Assembly (NCBI GenBank): GCA_023213395.1
Contig: CM041465.1
Location: forward strand, 168,523,741 to 168,587,740
Length of the DNA stretch: 64,000 bases
Reading direction: 5' to 3'
Source: Cycas panzhihuaensis
Lineage: Eukaryota > Plantae > Cycadophyta
Positions 1 through 13,700 of the stretch are shown piece after piece (position 1 is the stretch's first letter; each line of letters starts with the position of its first letter). Position numbers and translations under genes: made by a program. Under the pieces are notes generated by a model that saw nothing but the letters and a program-made list of their open reading frames with translations, searched no databases and had not been told where the DNA came from.

Positions 1-1193
1 GTAAGTGACCATGTGTGATGAGATGGCACTAATTCAATTGGTATGGTTTAGGACCACGTGTGCTGCCACTAGTTCTATCCCTAATATACTAACATTATGG
101 GATGCCATGTGTAATGTGATATAATTAGATGAGCTATATAGTATTAATGGATTGAGATATAGTAATCTTGCTAGATGAGCAAGAGATTTATCATATTGAT
201 CCATGGTATTGTTACTAATAGGCCATAGTTCTATTACTATTGATGTGCTATTATGATTTTGGTTTGATGATCAAGAATTAGATTGAGAGTTAAGAGTCTA
301 TAAAGAAATACTATTGTATTCGTATCATATAATTTAAATCATGGATAAATTTTCATGTTGAGCTTTGAATAGTTAGGTGGTGAATACCTCCAAAGAATCT
401 AACTTATCCACATAAAATATAAGTACTTATATTTTGATAATATGTGAATAATTTTATGGAACTACCTAGTGATTATCATATTCATACTTAGTTATTCCTA
501 CATGAGATATTACATAGATTAAGATTAATAATTTGGTTATGAGTTTATTACATATTGTAAAGAATAGTTTTTGTGTGCACTAATATCACATAGTGTGTTA
601 TTGTATTCATAAATTTCTAAGTTGTTGGCATGGTGTGTAGTGTGTTGGCTCTATAATTCATTATATGTGCACTCTCTTAGCTCAAGAAATCTTTAAGAAA
701 TTGTATTTTCTTGGTATTAAAGTTCCCTTAAGAGAAGGGGATGTGCTTCAAGTTGGGGTCCAAATGAATTATTTTATTGATATGGGTAGTTAGAAGTTTG
801 GGTCATCATAAATTCATATTAGATTATTTTTAACTCCTAATATCATAGATTGGCTAGTAGGAGTTAAAGCATAAGTAAGAAAGTTAGGTCCATTATAAGT
901 TAATATGAAATCAAGTTTAACTTCCACTAGACATATTATGTGCTTCATGTCTTGATAGTACTGTATAAGAGTGAGAGCATTGGTCAGTTTGGTATGTGAC
1001 ATGTCACACATGAGGCTACCAACTACTCAATAACTAAAGAGTAGAAATAGGGACAAGAATAATAACTTTGAGATCAATTTCCATATTCAAAGGCATGGAA
1101 ATGGCGAGTTAGTTTCCATGTCAACTTTAGAACTCTCTATATAGATTGAACTAATCAAAGAATTCACTAACATTCAATTATTAATTTATAATA
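1..1193. repeat. Unclassified repeat, possibly an LTR, interrupted by the chromovirus; continues at 10037-10406
   Basis: The TSD shows 1193 and 10042 were contiguous; the continuation ends ...TTTCTTACA at 10406, just where similarity to the Ogre/Tat LTR begins. No coding signal. Confidence 0.3.
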
Positions 1194-1352
1194 TGTTAGG
1201 GATCCAACCCTTAAATTACCTTCTCTTCTATTCTCTTATATCTTCTACTTCTTCTCTCTTTTATCTTCTCTTATATCTTCTATTTCTTTGACTTCTTCCC
1301 TCTTCTTAATATCCCACATGCATAAATAGAAGGTTGTGTAGTGGTCATTGAG

Positions 1353-1409
<57 letters not shown>

Positions 1410-1606
1410 ATAGGAGGTTGTGTAGTAAGCATAGAGCCATATATATATTTATGTAATCCTTAGAGTAGGGTATCTTAAATATCACTGTTGTTGCATATAA
1501 TTGGGAGGTTGCTCCCTCAAAGGGTATTACAATAAAAGTGCTCTTTTTAGAGTTATTTGTGTATTATATTGTTGTGCAATTGTCATTAAGGAGTGGTATC
1601 CTACCA
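1194..1606 (+). repeat. 5' LTR of gypsy chromovirus (contains a (TA)n expansion at about 1356-1407)
   Basis: TG...CA ends; aligns by eye with 9648-10036, where the long TA run is absent. Confidence 0.93.
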
Positions 1607-1752
1607 AGTGGCATCAAAGTGGTCAATCTATACCCTTTGGAAGAGTCAAATGTATTAAATAATTAAGTTTTCTTCATCAGTTTTTTCCTGTCAGTACCTA
1701 TTCTCATTTAATTCTAGCTTAGTTACTTATGCTTTTTGGGGATAGATAATAC

Positions 1753-4700
1753 TGTAATCAGGTAGCTACCCTAACACTACTACCAGGTAGTTTTCTATTG
1801 CATTTAGATAGAGACCCTGTGCTGGGGGTCTATAAATATCATGAGGATCTATCATTTTGGGCTAAGCACATTGTGGCTTTTTTGTCACTTACGTGAAGGA
1901 CTGGAGATCACACTCTTGAATCAAGCCTTAGATAGAAATTGGCTATAGAATTGTGCCTCCACGCACCTATGGGTATATAGGAGGACCCCTTAGATAGACC
2001 TTCCTAGTATAGATAACTATTTCCTGGCTACCGGGAATGGATACAGACAGGTCAACTCAGGTAGGCTTAGGTATGATTCTCCCTTTTCACTCATACTATT
2101 TCTTTGGAAAGGTTGATAGAAGTGTTGCCTTATTGCATGACTGTCTGCTTCATTTGTGTGGTCACTTTGCATTTGTTGCCTGTTCATGCTGCTTGTCGTA
2201 TTGTAAGCCTATGATGACCCAGTGGGACCTACCTTTTCGCAAGGTAGGCATCCCCATGGCACTATATGACCCTCCGTACTGTCTCCACACTGCCTCAAGC
2301 TTCTTTTGGTTTGTATGACCTGTTCATGCCTCAATATTGAGCTCCTAGCACCTTGTTTCTGGGACCTTTACCCATTGATATTTTGCTTACCTTTGTCTAC
2401 GTACAGTCTGGACTGTCTCAGCCACCTAGACAGGAGGGTCGGCCCCTCCCAGGCCTGCCACATCACCTCTTAAAGCTCCCAGAACCCAGAATTTTGCCAT
2501 TCTAGCTTTTTGGTCCTGCACTGCTGTAAACTTAGCGGTACCACGAAGTTTACCGTAGTACCGTGAAGTTTACCACGATGCGATTGTTGTCTGTCAGTTT
2601 TTAAAAACTGTTGTGGCAATTCAAACGTTTCCCGTAGAATCACCACGTGGCCTCGCGTCCACCTTAGTCCTTCGCACTCTATTCACTCACTTAGGGCTGG
2701 AATGGGTATAAGTATCAGAACTCTCATCATTTTGAGGTCTCTCTTAGGTAATTTTTTTCTCTCAAACACAACTGCTCCTGCTACAACTTCTGCTTTTCTA
2801 CTCTTTCTGCTACATGTGTACTTGTAGGCCTACGCTTCCTATAACTCCAGGCTAGGATCTGCCTGCAACTCCTTGTTCCATAGTGGGAAGCCTCTCTCCA
2901 GGTTTTATCAAGCAATTTTGGTGTTATTCTTCTCCAACTCGCCCAGTAAGTATCTCCTCCAGCTATCTATTGGGATTTCTCATGTAAACCCTTATAGGGA
3001 TCCCCTTCTCTACTGGTAGTAGGCCCAGACCTACCATATATCTACCCAGTAGGTCTTCCAAACCTCTTTTCTCTAGATTTATGGTAATTTATCTCCTTAT
3101 TAGACTTATTTCTTTCCTTGCTTGCCTGTTTCCTTCAATTTTGACCATAGCAAAGCTTATTTTTTAGTAAGTTTGGCTTGTTGCTTCCCAGCTCTACTTT
3201 CTCTCTGCTAGTTTTCTTCAAACGAGTAGTAGGAGAAGAACTACAAGGTTGGGTAAAGAGACCAAGGCGGTGCAGCCCCCCACTTAGTCCTTCTCTCCAA
3301 GGGCATTCCCCTTCCCACCTTCTCTTCTCTTGCTCCATGCTCCTCTTGGGATAATTAGGCGTGGGTGAGCCCTAGGCCTACGCTGGATTATCAGCATATG
3401 CAGCCCCTTGCTATGTTGATTCTAGGCTTGCACGCCTCTTGTTTGGACCCCCATAGTATCCCTCGTATTATTGGGTATCCCTTGATAACATTGGTAAGGG
3501 TTTGTGCATCGAATTGCTGCCCATAGCAACTCCATGTATTGCATATTTCCCCAACACCTTATTGCTCTTTTCCTTGTACCTCTTGGCTATCCTTATTTTC
3601 CTTTACCATTATCTTATTGTGTTAGAGAGTTATGTGGAGAACCCAGCGGAGGGTTAACTATCCTAAAGCTTCCCTTCACTCCATTTTGCTTGATGTTTGT
3701 CCTTGTTTGAGAGAGGATTTTAGAGCTTGTCACAGCGGTTGTTTTTTCCTAACACTCTAACATAAATATTACATATATACTTGCATATATATAGCTTGTC
3801 TTTTGCAGCCCCTTCTTGGAAGGGATAAGTCTGTGCATGTGCAGGTTTTCATGGTGCTCTTGCAAAGGTATAAAATGTCCAGATCCGGGTAAGACCTACT
3901 ATTTTTGTTCTTTGCTTTCAGTTTCTTCCTTTTCACTTTCTCTTCACAAAGGCGAAGGTAAGGAAGCCCCCATCATTCATGTCAAGACTTGGCTACGCAT
4001 TTATGGATTTACGCAAGTATGTACGTTACACATGGGTTAGGTCTCCCATCATCCGCTACATCTTCCAGGTATGCACGTCCTCCCTTTAACTCTCATTTTT
4101 CCTTTATTACTTTTGTTTAGGATCTATGTGCTAGTTGAGTAGGTCACACATAAAAGTAAAAAGGGGAAACATTATCTTTTATTTGCACTTGCACGCTTGC
4201 ATATCATATACTCAACCCTCATAGGAAAAGGACCTATAGGAAACTTACTCCTCCCTTTCCTTTTCCTGCAAAGCCTAGCTTGCCCTTTCGATTCATTCCA
4301 CTTGATATTGTTTGCTTGCATGTGTGACACCTATTCTTATTTCCCTATTTGATCGTTAAAGGAAACTTTGGTTTAGTTGTCTCCTTCCCTTTCTCTCTAT
4401 CTTGGCCTTATTTGCTCGATCAAATAACCAAGAGGAACCTTGACACACCATGGGCTATCGCCTACCTTATCCCTGTCTGTTTCCCTCCATCATAGGGAAA
4501 CCTTTGAGGACTCCTCTCATCCCTTTCCGGCCATCCAAGGGTGGGAGGATCTTCCTCTCGAGTTTATCTAGGTTACCCTTCCTATTTTCCCTCTTTCTCT
4601 CCTAGATTGAGGGCCATGTTAAGGTAATTGGGTATCATCTGCAGGTCCCAAACTCTCACTCTGGTGCACTGGGCGCCCTACGTGATACTTTCTTTACTTG

Positions 4701-4810
4701 TAGGTTTTCACTCGCACCTTCGATATCACCATCAACCATCATCACTCCTACCGAGCTTAGTGATTATCCCATAGACGTGCAGCCAGTAACCATAGGAAAC
4801 CTATTGACCA
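1753..4810. mobile_element. Probable nested insertion (LTR-like, GC/CpG-richer) in the 5' leader of the chromovirus
   Basis: About 3.7 kb between PBS and gag is unusually long; this block keeps CpGs, begins TGTAATC, and carries the GTACC..AAGTTTACC motif also seen in the Ogre/Tat-type LTRs. No TSD found, so both boundaries are approximate. Confidence 0.45.
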
Positions 4811-5281
4811 TCTATATTTTATAATGTACCAATAAGTGGTTAGCCATGGAAAGTTACTCTCCACATACCCTAGAGATGGGATAGTATGACTGTAGAGTAG
4901 AGCGTTAGCCTCTATAAGTTGATACTATTTATGACTGGGATTAGCATATTGAAGGGCCTACAAACTAGATAATCCCATACCTAGTAGACCTGGTCAATCT
5001 ATTAATGGTTTGTATGCACCTAGTTAATCGATGAGTTAGTCATTATCAATTTGTTAAATCTATATATTTAGTCAGTTTATGCATACATAGTCAGTAAGCT
5101 AGTTAGCAGACCAAAAAAAGCAAAAAGTAAAAAGTAAAAAAGTAAAAAGAAAAAAAAAAAATCATATTACCTCATTGTAAAACATTAGGAATAGTAATCT
5201 ATAAACACCCTATCAAATCCCTTTCATTCACATTTACTAATTAGGATTCAACTTAGGTCTTATGAATAAATAGCCCCTAAG

Positions 5282-8200
5282 ATGAACCCTAGTTAGACTC
5301 AAAATCTTAATGATATTATCACACAAATTTGAGGAGATATATTACAGATCCAAACTAACTTCAATGAAAAATTTAAAGCAGTAATGTTAAAGCTCACAAC
5401 CATGAAACCCTTTAAGGAAGAAAAGATTAAATTTGATGATACTACTCATATAGGTGAGGGTCACTTCTCTAAAGAAGATGAAGATAATGACAGCAAGCGC
5501 TTTCGTCCTAACTTCCTTCTCAAGGTAGAAATCAAGAAGTTTAATGGTACAAATATATATACCTAGATCATCCAAATGGAACAATATTTTTCTCTTCATC
5601 AACTTCCAATGGACAAGAAGATCCCTCTTACTTCTCTACACATAGAAATTGAACCTTACCGATGGTACCAATGGGTTATGAAAATAATTAGTGGGCTCAA
5701 TTCTCAATGTGAGGGTTTTGTCAAGGATCTTATAGCTCAGTATGATAGTACTTAGGATCATGATAACTTTAACTAATTAGCTAAAGTTAGATAGGAGGGG
5801 ATTGTTTTAACTTATATAATAGAATACCAACATCTCTCCACAAGGGTTGATGGTCTTTGTCAAAATAAATTACTTGAGTTATACATTGGTGGTTTATGAG
5901 ATGACATCAGACATGAGTTGTGACTCCTAAAACCTAATAATATCTCTATAACTATCAATTTTTCTTGACATATTGAAGCAAAAAATAAGGCATCTCGACT
6001 CCTCCCATGAACATTCCTAGAAAGTGACCACAATTTCAGGTTCGTAGTGTGTGACAAATGACTTCCTAAAAGATAGATGAGAAAGGGTTGAAAGGGTTAT
6101 GTTTTCACTATAACCAAATGTGGAATAAAGAATATAAGTGTCTTAAATGATGTTTATTCATCATTGAGGATGTCCAAGGTGATGAACTAGTAGAAGAAAC
6201 CTCTTTAGAGCTAGAAAATAATGACTGTGATCCACCTTAAGAGGAAGAAAAAGATAATGCTACTATATCTATGTATGCCCTTATTTAAATCATGGCCCCA
6301 CAAACACTCAAATTTATTAGGTACATAAAGAAAAGAAATATGGTTATCCTTATAGATTACGGGATCACCCATAATTTTATTAATTGGAAACTTACTGAAG
6401 AACTTAATTATTTTCCATATCCTATCAAAAATTTCTAGATTATAGTGGCTAATGGAGGGACACACTCTTGTGGGGGAGAATGCTATAATATCAAGTTACA
6501 AATAGGTGACTATCATATCTCTACTTCCATGTATGCCATTCCTGTTAGAGGAGTTGATGTTATACTGGGGGTACAATGGTTTAAACCACTAGGGACCATT
6601 CAACTAAATATGCAATGGCTCTTTATTTGATTTACTTCTGAAGGCATTAACTGTCAATTGAATGGGATCATTCCTCCTCTAACCCAAATCATCAACTCAC
6701 ACCATATGGAGAGGCTTATTAAATAGGATGGCACAGTAATCATTACCAAATGTTATGCTTTAGAAGGTTAATAACTTCCAATAGAATGGGATATTTTTCA
6801 AGATGATGGTATACTGAATGACTTAAAATTGGTACTTCACCACCACAACCAGGTCTTTTAGGATGTTCCTCAAGGTCTCCCCCTAGTATGTGACCAAGAT
6901 CATAGCATTGACCTACTAGATGGAAGCAATCCTCCCTGTATTTGACCATACCAGTACCCCCACCAACAGAAGAATGAAATTGAATGACTAGTTCAAGAAC
7001 TCCTTAATGTTGGTACTATTAGGGAAAGTAAAAGTTTTTTTTCTACCATAGTGATTTTAGTAAGAAAAAAGGATGGCTTATTTTGCATATGTGTAGACTA
7101 CCATAAACTCAATAAGATAACCATTAAGAATAAATTTCCTATACCAGTTATCGATGAACTCCTTGGAATAACATTCTTCACATCATTGGACTTGCGATCA
7201 GGATATCATCAAATTAGGATCAAGGTAGAAGATGTTTATAAAACTAAATTTTATACACATGAAGGATATTATGAACTTTTAGTCATTCCATTTAACTTGA
7301 CTAATGCCCCATCCACCTTTCAAGGACTTATGAACAAACTCTTTCAGCCTTACTTAAGGAAGTTTATGTTAGTCTTTTTTTATGACATTCTAATCTTCAG
7401 TTTTACATGGGAAGACCATCTTTAACATTTTGATAAGGCATTATAGGTGCTTGCAAATAACTAACTTTATGCCAAAAAATTAAAATGTCAATTTAGGCAA
7501 ATAGAAATAGAATATTTGGGCCATATTATCTCTCAAGAAGGAGTCAAGGTGAATCCTAAGAAAATTTCAGTTATCATATATTGGTCTAAACCCAAAAACA
7601 TCAAGAGCTTTTATGGATTCTTAGGAATCATAGGGTATAATCGAAAGATTGTTTACAGCTATGCAAGGATTGCTTCCCCTTTAATCAACTTGTTAAAAGA
7701 GTATTCCTTTCATTGGAATAATAAGGCCTCTGAAGCATTCGAACACCTAAAGGTGGTTTTAACTACCACACTAGTCCTCACAACACCAGACTTTATAAAG
7801 ACCTTCACCATTGAATGTGATGCATCGGGGCAAGGTATTGGAGTAGTCATAATGAAAGAGGAGAAACCTTAAGCCTTTGAAAGTCATCAAATTACACCCA
7901 AGGAACAAGTTAAATTCACCTATGAGAAGGAGATGTTAGCAATTTTCCATGCAGTTAGGAAGTGGTGACAATATTTATTAGGAACATATTTCTAAATTAA
8001 AACAGACCATGATAGCTTAAAATATTTCCTAGCTCAAAGGTTGGCATCTGAGAAACAACAAAAATGGGTCACCAAAATGCAAGCTTTTGACTTTGAAATC
8101 ATATATAAAAAAGACAAGGATAATATAGTTACTGATGCTTTGTCTCATAAGGAAGAAGGCTCTATATTATATTATATTACCATGGTTAATCCCTCTTAGA

Positions 8201-9640
8201 TAGTGGTTGCCAAGTAAAAATGGGATCATGACCCCTTTACAAAGCAGATCATTTAAGACCTTCAAGTTGGGCTAGGGCATTCAACCCACTATAAATAGTC
8301 TACAAATATTCCTTGGTATAAAAATCAGATATATATATGACCTCACTCTAGACTCAAGGAGCAAATTTTACATGATGTATATACCTCTCCAATAGTAGGT
8401 CACTCAGGGTTCCTGCGAACATACCACCACTTAAAACAATATTTATTTTAGAAGGGCCAAAAAGGATATGTAAAGAGATGTTTCCTCATGTGAAATTTGC
8501 TAATGGCATAAGACAGAAATAGTCAAGTCTCCAAGATTGTTGCAACCCCTTCCCATACCAAATCAATGATGGGAAGAAATTTATATGGACTTCATTTTGG
8601 CTCTACCTAAGTCAGTAGGAAAAGATTCTATATTTGTAGTTTTTGATAGGCTAACCAAATATGCTCATTTTTATGGTATTAAAGCCATATATAAGGTAAA
8701 GTAAATTATTGAGATATTTTTAAAGGATATACATAGGTTGTATGACATGCCCAAATGCATTGTTAATGATCAAGACCCCAATTTCATGAGTAACTTTTGG
8801 ATGAAACTCTTCTGTCTACTTGGTACCAAATCAACAATCAACCCATCCTACCATCCACAAATAGATGGTTAAACTTAGGTAGTTAACAAGTATATTAAAG
8901 GATACCTTCATTATTAAACTTCAATTAAGCAAGGGCAGTGGCATCATTAGCTTCCTTTAGTTGAATGGTGGTATAATACAACCTATCATGCATCAGTAGG
9001 AATGACTCGATTCTAAGCATTATATAGCTATGAACCACCCACACTTGAGAACTATGCCATAATCAATTCTAAGGTTCAAGCAATTGAGGACCACATCCAA
9101 CAAACAACATAGATTTTCAAGCTCCTCAAGGAAAATCTAAACCTTGCACAAAATCAAATAAAACAATAGGTAAATAAAGGGCAAAGTGAACGAGCATTTC
9201 AACCAGGTGATTAGGTATATTTATGGTTATAACCATGCAAACAAACATCTCTTAAATGGGATGGGTAACATAAATTACAACCTCAATTTTATGGGCCTTC
9301 CAAAATTCTTAAGAAGATTGGTAAAGTTGCATATGCCTTTAGACTTACCACCATCATCAAGGATCCATAATGTCTTTCATGTTTCATGTCTCAAGAGGGT
9401 AATTGGGCAACAAGTACAAGTTCAAATAGAATTACCTATCTTAAATGAGGAGGGGTAATTTTAGCTCATTTAAGAATGTATCATCGACCAAAGAATTCAA
9501 TATCTACGATCTAGGTAAATCATTGAGTATCTTATCAAATAGAAATAACTTCCATGAGAAGATGCAACTTAGGAGAATAAGCAATTTATCTAAGAGCATC
9601 CCGAGATCATCAAGTTTTAAGGGCAAAGATTTTTTAAGGG
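5282..9640 (+). pseudogene. Degenerate gag-pol of gypsy chromovirus (gag, aspartic protease, RT, RNase H, integrase, chromodomain)
   Basis: KVEIKKFNG..MEQYF (gag); VANGG..VDVILGVQW (protease region); [37 protein letters not shown] (RT, catalytic Asp mutated); IECDASGQGIG (RNase H); RIHNVFHVSCLK (GPY/F region); EYLIK*K*LP*EDAT*E (chromodomain). Many stops and frameshifts. Confidence 0.93.
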
Positions 9641-9647
9641 GGGACTT

Positions 9648-10036
9648 TGTTAAGGATTCAACCCCTAACTTACCTTCTCTTATATTGTCTTATATCTTCT
9701 ACTTCTCTTTTTTATCTTCTCTTATATCTTCTATTTCTTGTACTTCTTCCCTATTCTTAATATCCAACATGCATAAGTAGAAGGTTATATAGTAGTCATT
9801 TAGTACTATATATATTCATGTAATATCCCACATGCATAAGTAGGAGGTTGTGTAGTGAGCATAGAGCTATATGTATATTTATGTAATCCTTAAAGTATGG
9901 TATCTAAAATATCATTATTATTGCATGTAATTAGGAAGTTGCCCTCTTGAAGGGTATTACAATACAAATGCTCTTTTTGCAGTTATTTGTATGTTATATT
10001 GGTGTGAAATTATCATTAAGGAGTGGTATCCTACCA
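9648..10036 (+). repeat. 3' LTR of gypsy chromovirus
   Basis: Preceded by PPT, ends CTACCA, followed by TSD TAATA. Confidence 0.93.
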
Positions 10037-10765
10037 TAATAGGTCATTATAACAAGGTAGATATAGAGTGGATAAAGTTAGATACTGGATATAATGATTA
10101 CTATAAAACCTAGTCAAATAAAAAATTGAATGATAATGATCACTTAAAAGGTTGAGATGATTTCACAGAGCTAGATGGAAGAAGGAAGAATCATAATAGA
10201 ACTTAGAACAAAGAGAAACATAAAAGCAAATCAAAAGAATAAGATGAAGACGTGGTCAGGGCTAGAGATGAAGACAAAAAAAAAACTTAGAGGTAAAGAT
10301 GAAAAGGGAACAATAATAAATAATTATAATACATATAAATAAAAGGATATAATAATGAAATGCGGGAATAGATGATAGGATGCATTTGACCACTCTATTT
10401 CTTACAATCTAAGAAGTATATAGTTATTTAACACTAATAGGTAAGTGGAGGTACATGCTTCTAGACTTTTATTTTAGTTTAGATTAGTTTAGTTCTTTAA
10501 ATTGGTATGTGCTAACATTTGTTGTTTCTTTTAGTAGATGGATATGTGTATTTTTAGCTTATGAACATGTTGACCATCGTGAGTGACTTCAAAAGGTTAT
10601 CCCTCTAATCTTAATGAAATATAGAAAGGTTTTTTAGTGCCTTTATGGACACTTCTCACCCTTCTTTTACTCTTTACTTTTCTATGTATTTTTATTATTA
10701 GAACCATCATTTTTATATATAGTTTCTTCTATCCCACTATGATACATCCCTGTCTAACTTGTTTG

Positions 10766-13700
10766 TGTTGAGAAGATAAGGTCCCAACCCTTAACCCACC
10801 ACCAAGATCTAAACTATTCTTACAACTAGTTACAGGAATTGAAACTAAAATTTAACATGCAAGTTCTTAAACCAGAGATAAAATAATAAAATGAATAAGA
10901 AAGCCAAGCATCACATGTATACCTGATATAATGTGGTAAAACCTTAGCAGTGAACTAGGAAAACATCCACACAGGAAAGGTATCAATCTTTATTATTATA
11001 GAATAGAGAAAATATACATAATCATGTAGTAGAGTGATCATAGCAATAACAACCAGTCACCTAACACCTCACAGTACATTGAACACTATCAACATAATGA
11101 AAAATGCCCTAAATCGGGCTACATGAGAGGGTCATCCAAGGCACAAATCTTGACCGTAGAATCTAGAGTATTTGAGAGAAGACCCTAATTCTCTTTACAA
11201 TTTAATGTACTTTCCAGTGCTAAATTTTTTGGTCAGGGGATATCTCCCCTGAACCCCCTCTTTGTGGGGGTTGTTCCACTCCCCCCGCACCCCCTTGGAA
11301 CCCCCTGAAGAAGGTTTGGGAGGAAACCGCACTGCCAACATGTCAAAATTTTAGCTTTCAACTATTGTTGTCACATTACCTAACAATCTCCACCTTGACA
11401 ATAATTTACTTGGTACTTTTCCTAGACCCTTCATCACCTTTTCTGTAAGCCAAGAGAAGTCAAACACCATTTGAACTTCTCTAATAGTACTGGTTTATGA
11501 ACATATCAGCACAATTTTATTTTGTGTTAACCTTATCAAGTGCCACTCCACTTGCTTCCATAACCTGTCTAACAAAATGGTACTTAAGAGCAATATGCTT
11601 TGTCCTACTATGATAAGCTAAATTCTTGGCTAGGAAAATGCCACTTTGACTGTTACAAAATACCTTTACATTTTTCTGTTTCCTTCCAAGCTTAACTAAT
11701 AGACCCTATAACTAGATTACTTCTTTACAAGTATGTGCTGCAGTAACATATTCAACTTCTATAGTTGATAATGCAATTGTGCTCTATAATTTTGACATCC
11801 AACTAACTAGACCATTTACAAGAGTAAATACATAACCTGAAGTAGATCTTCTCTTATCTAAATCTCCTACAAAGTCTAAATCAACATATCCATAAACCTG
11901 ATTACCTGTACCTCTAAAGGTGATGAAATTGTCACTTGTGCCTCTCAAATACTGAAGCACCCATTTCACTGTTGCCTAATATTTCTTTTTTGTATTTTCC
12001 ATAAACCTACTAACTACACTGACTGCATGTGAAATGTCAGGTCTTGTACATACCATAGCATACATCAAAATTCCTACTACACTGACATAAGGTATACGAG
12101 ATATATAATCATTTTCTTCTTCATTACTAGGACTCATACTTGAAGAAAGCTTGAAATAGAAAGCCAATGGGATACTCACTGGTTTCACATTGATCATACT
12201 AAACCTGGTTAGCACCTTCTCCACATATTTTTGCTGTGATAACCATAGCTTTCCATTTTTCTTGTCTCTATGTATCTCCATACCTAAGATTTATTTTGCA
12301 GCTCCTAGATCTTTCATATCAAAAGTCCTAGCCAATCAAGCCTTTAACTTATTGATTTCTTCCATGCTCTTACTTACAACCAACATGTCATCAACATACA
12401 ATACCAAGATAATAAATAAGCCATTGTCCATGAATTTAAAGTGAACATAATGATCATACTCACTTCCTTTGAAATTTTTTCTCTCCATGAAGGCATCAAA
12501 TTTTTTGTACCATTGCCTGGTTGATTGCTTCAAGCCATACAATGATTTCCTGAGCCTAAAACAAGTCTTTTTCTTCCATCCTGTACAAACCCTTCTCGCT
12601 GATCTATATAAATCTTCTCATCTAAATCTCCATGTAGAAAAGTTATTTTTACATCTAACTACTCCATCTCTAAATCAGGAGAAGCTACCAATGCTAACAT
12701 CACTTGAATTGAAACAAGTTTGATAACTGGTGAAAAGATCTCATGAAAGTCAATACCTGCTTTCTGTGCAAAGCCTTTGGCCACCAGTCTTACCCTATAT
12801 TTGTTAACCTTTCCATGAATATCTATTTTCATCTTAAAAACCCACCTACAACTAATAGTCTTCCTTCCATGTGGAAGTTCTACCAAGTCCCATGAATTAT
12901 TTTTCTTTAAAGCATCTATCTCTTCCTGCATAGCCCTCTTACACTTCTCACTATGGATATCATCTACTGCTTCTTGATAACATGTAGGCTCACCATCATT
13001 AGAAACTAAAGCAATAGAAGTAGAAGGGTTGTACCTATCAGATGGATAACTAACTCGTGTAGATCTTCTAACTGTTAGTAGAGGAGTATCCACATACTCC
13101 TATAAAGCTGTTGCAGATTCATCTTCAGAAAGATCTTCCTACCCTTCTAGTTCCAAAGATGGCTAGGTTTCAAACTTGACCTATTCATGTTCAACTTTCT
13201 GCTCTTATTTCACTTCAGCTTCTACACTATCTGATTTTAGAAGGGGAGATTCATCAAATACAACATCTCTGTTAATGGTGATTTTATGGGTAGTAGGATC
13301 CCATAACCTGTATCCCTTCACACCATATTTATCACCATAACCAACAAAGATACATCTTTTAGATTTTGGGTCTAACTTTGAATGTTTACTTTTATCAGTC
13401 AAGGCATAAGCATCACAACTAAACACTTTCAAATTTGAATAGTCACATGGATGTCCAGTCCATACCTCTTCAGGAATCTTGCAATCTATTGCAAGTGATG
13501 GTGACATGTTTATCAGATAGCAAGTTATTTGAATAACTTCTGCCCATAAGCCCTGATCCACTTCTACATTACTTAGCATGCTTCTTGCTCTTTCTGAGAG
13601 TGTCCTATTCATGCGCTCAGCTATGCCATTTTGCTATGGAGTATAGCTAGTGGTCTTATGCCTTTCGATCCCAACTTCTCTGCAATTTTTCTCAAACTCT

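Larger units (their letters stand above)
1194..10036 (+). mobile_element. Full-length but degenerate Ty3/gypsy chromovirus LTR retrotransposon (Reina-like)
   Basis: Direct repeats TGTTA..CTACCA at 1194-1606 and 9648-10036; identical 5-bp TSD TAATA at 1189-1193 and 10037-10041; degenerate Met-tRNA PBS TGGCATCAAAGT after the 5' LTR; PPT AAGGGGGGA before the 3' LTR; gag-PR-RT-RH-INT-chromodomain order. Confidence 0.95.
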
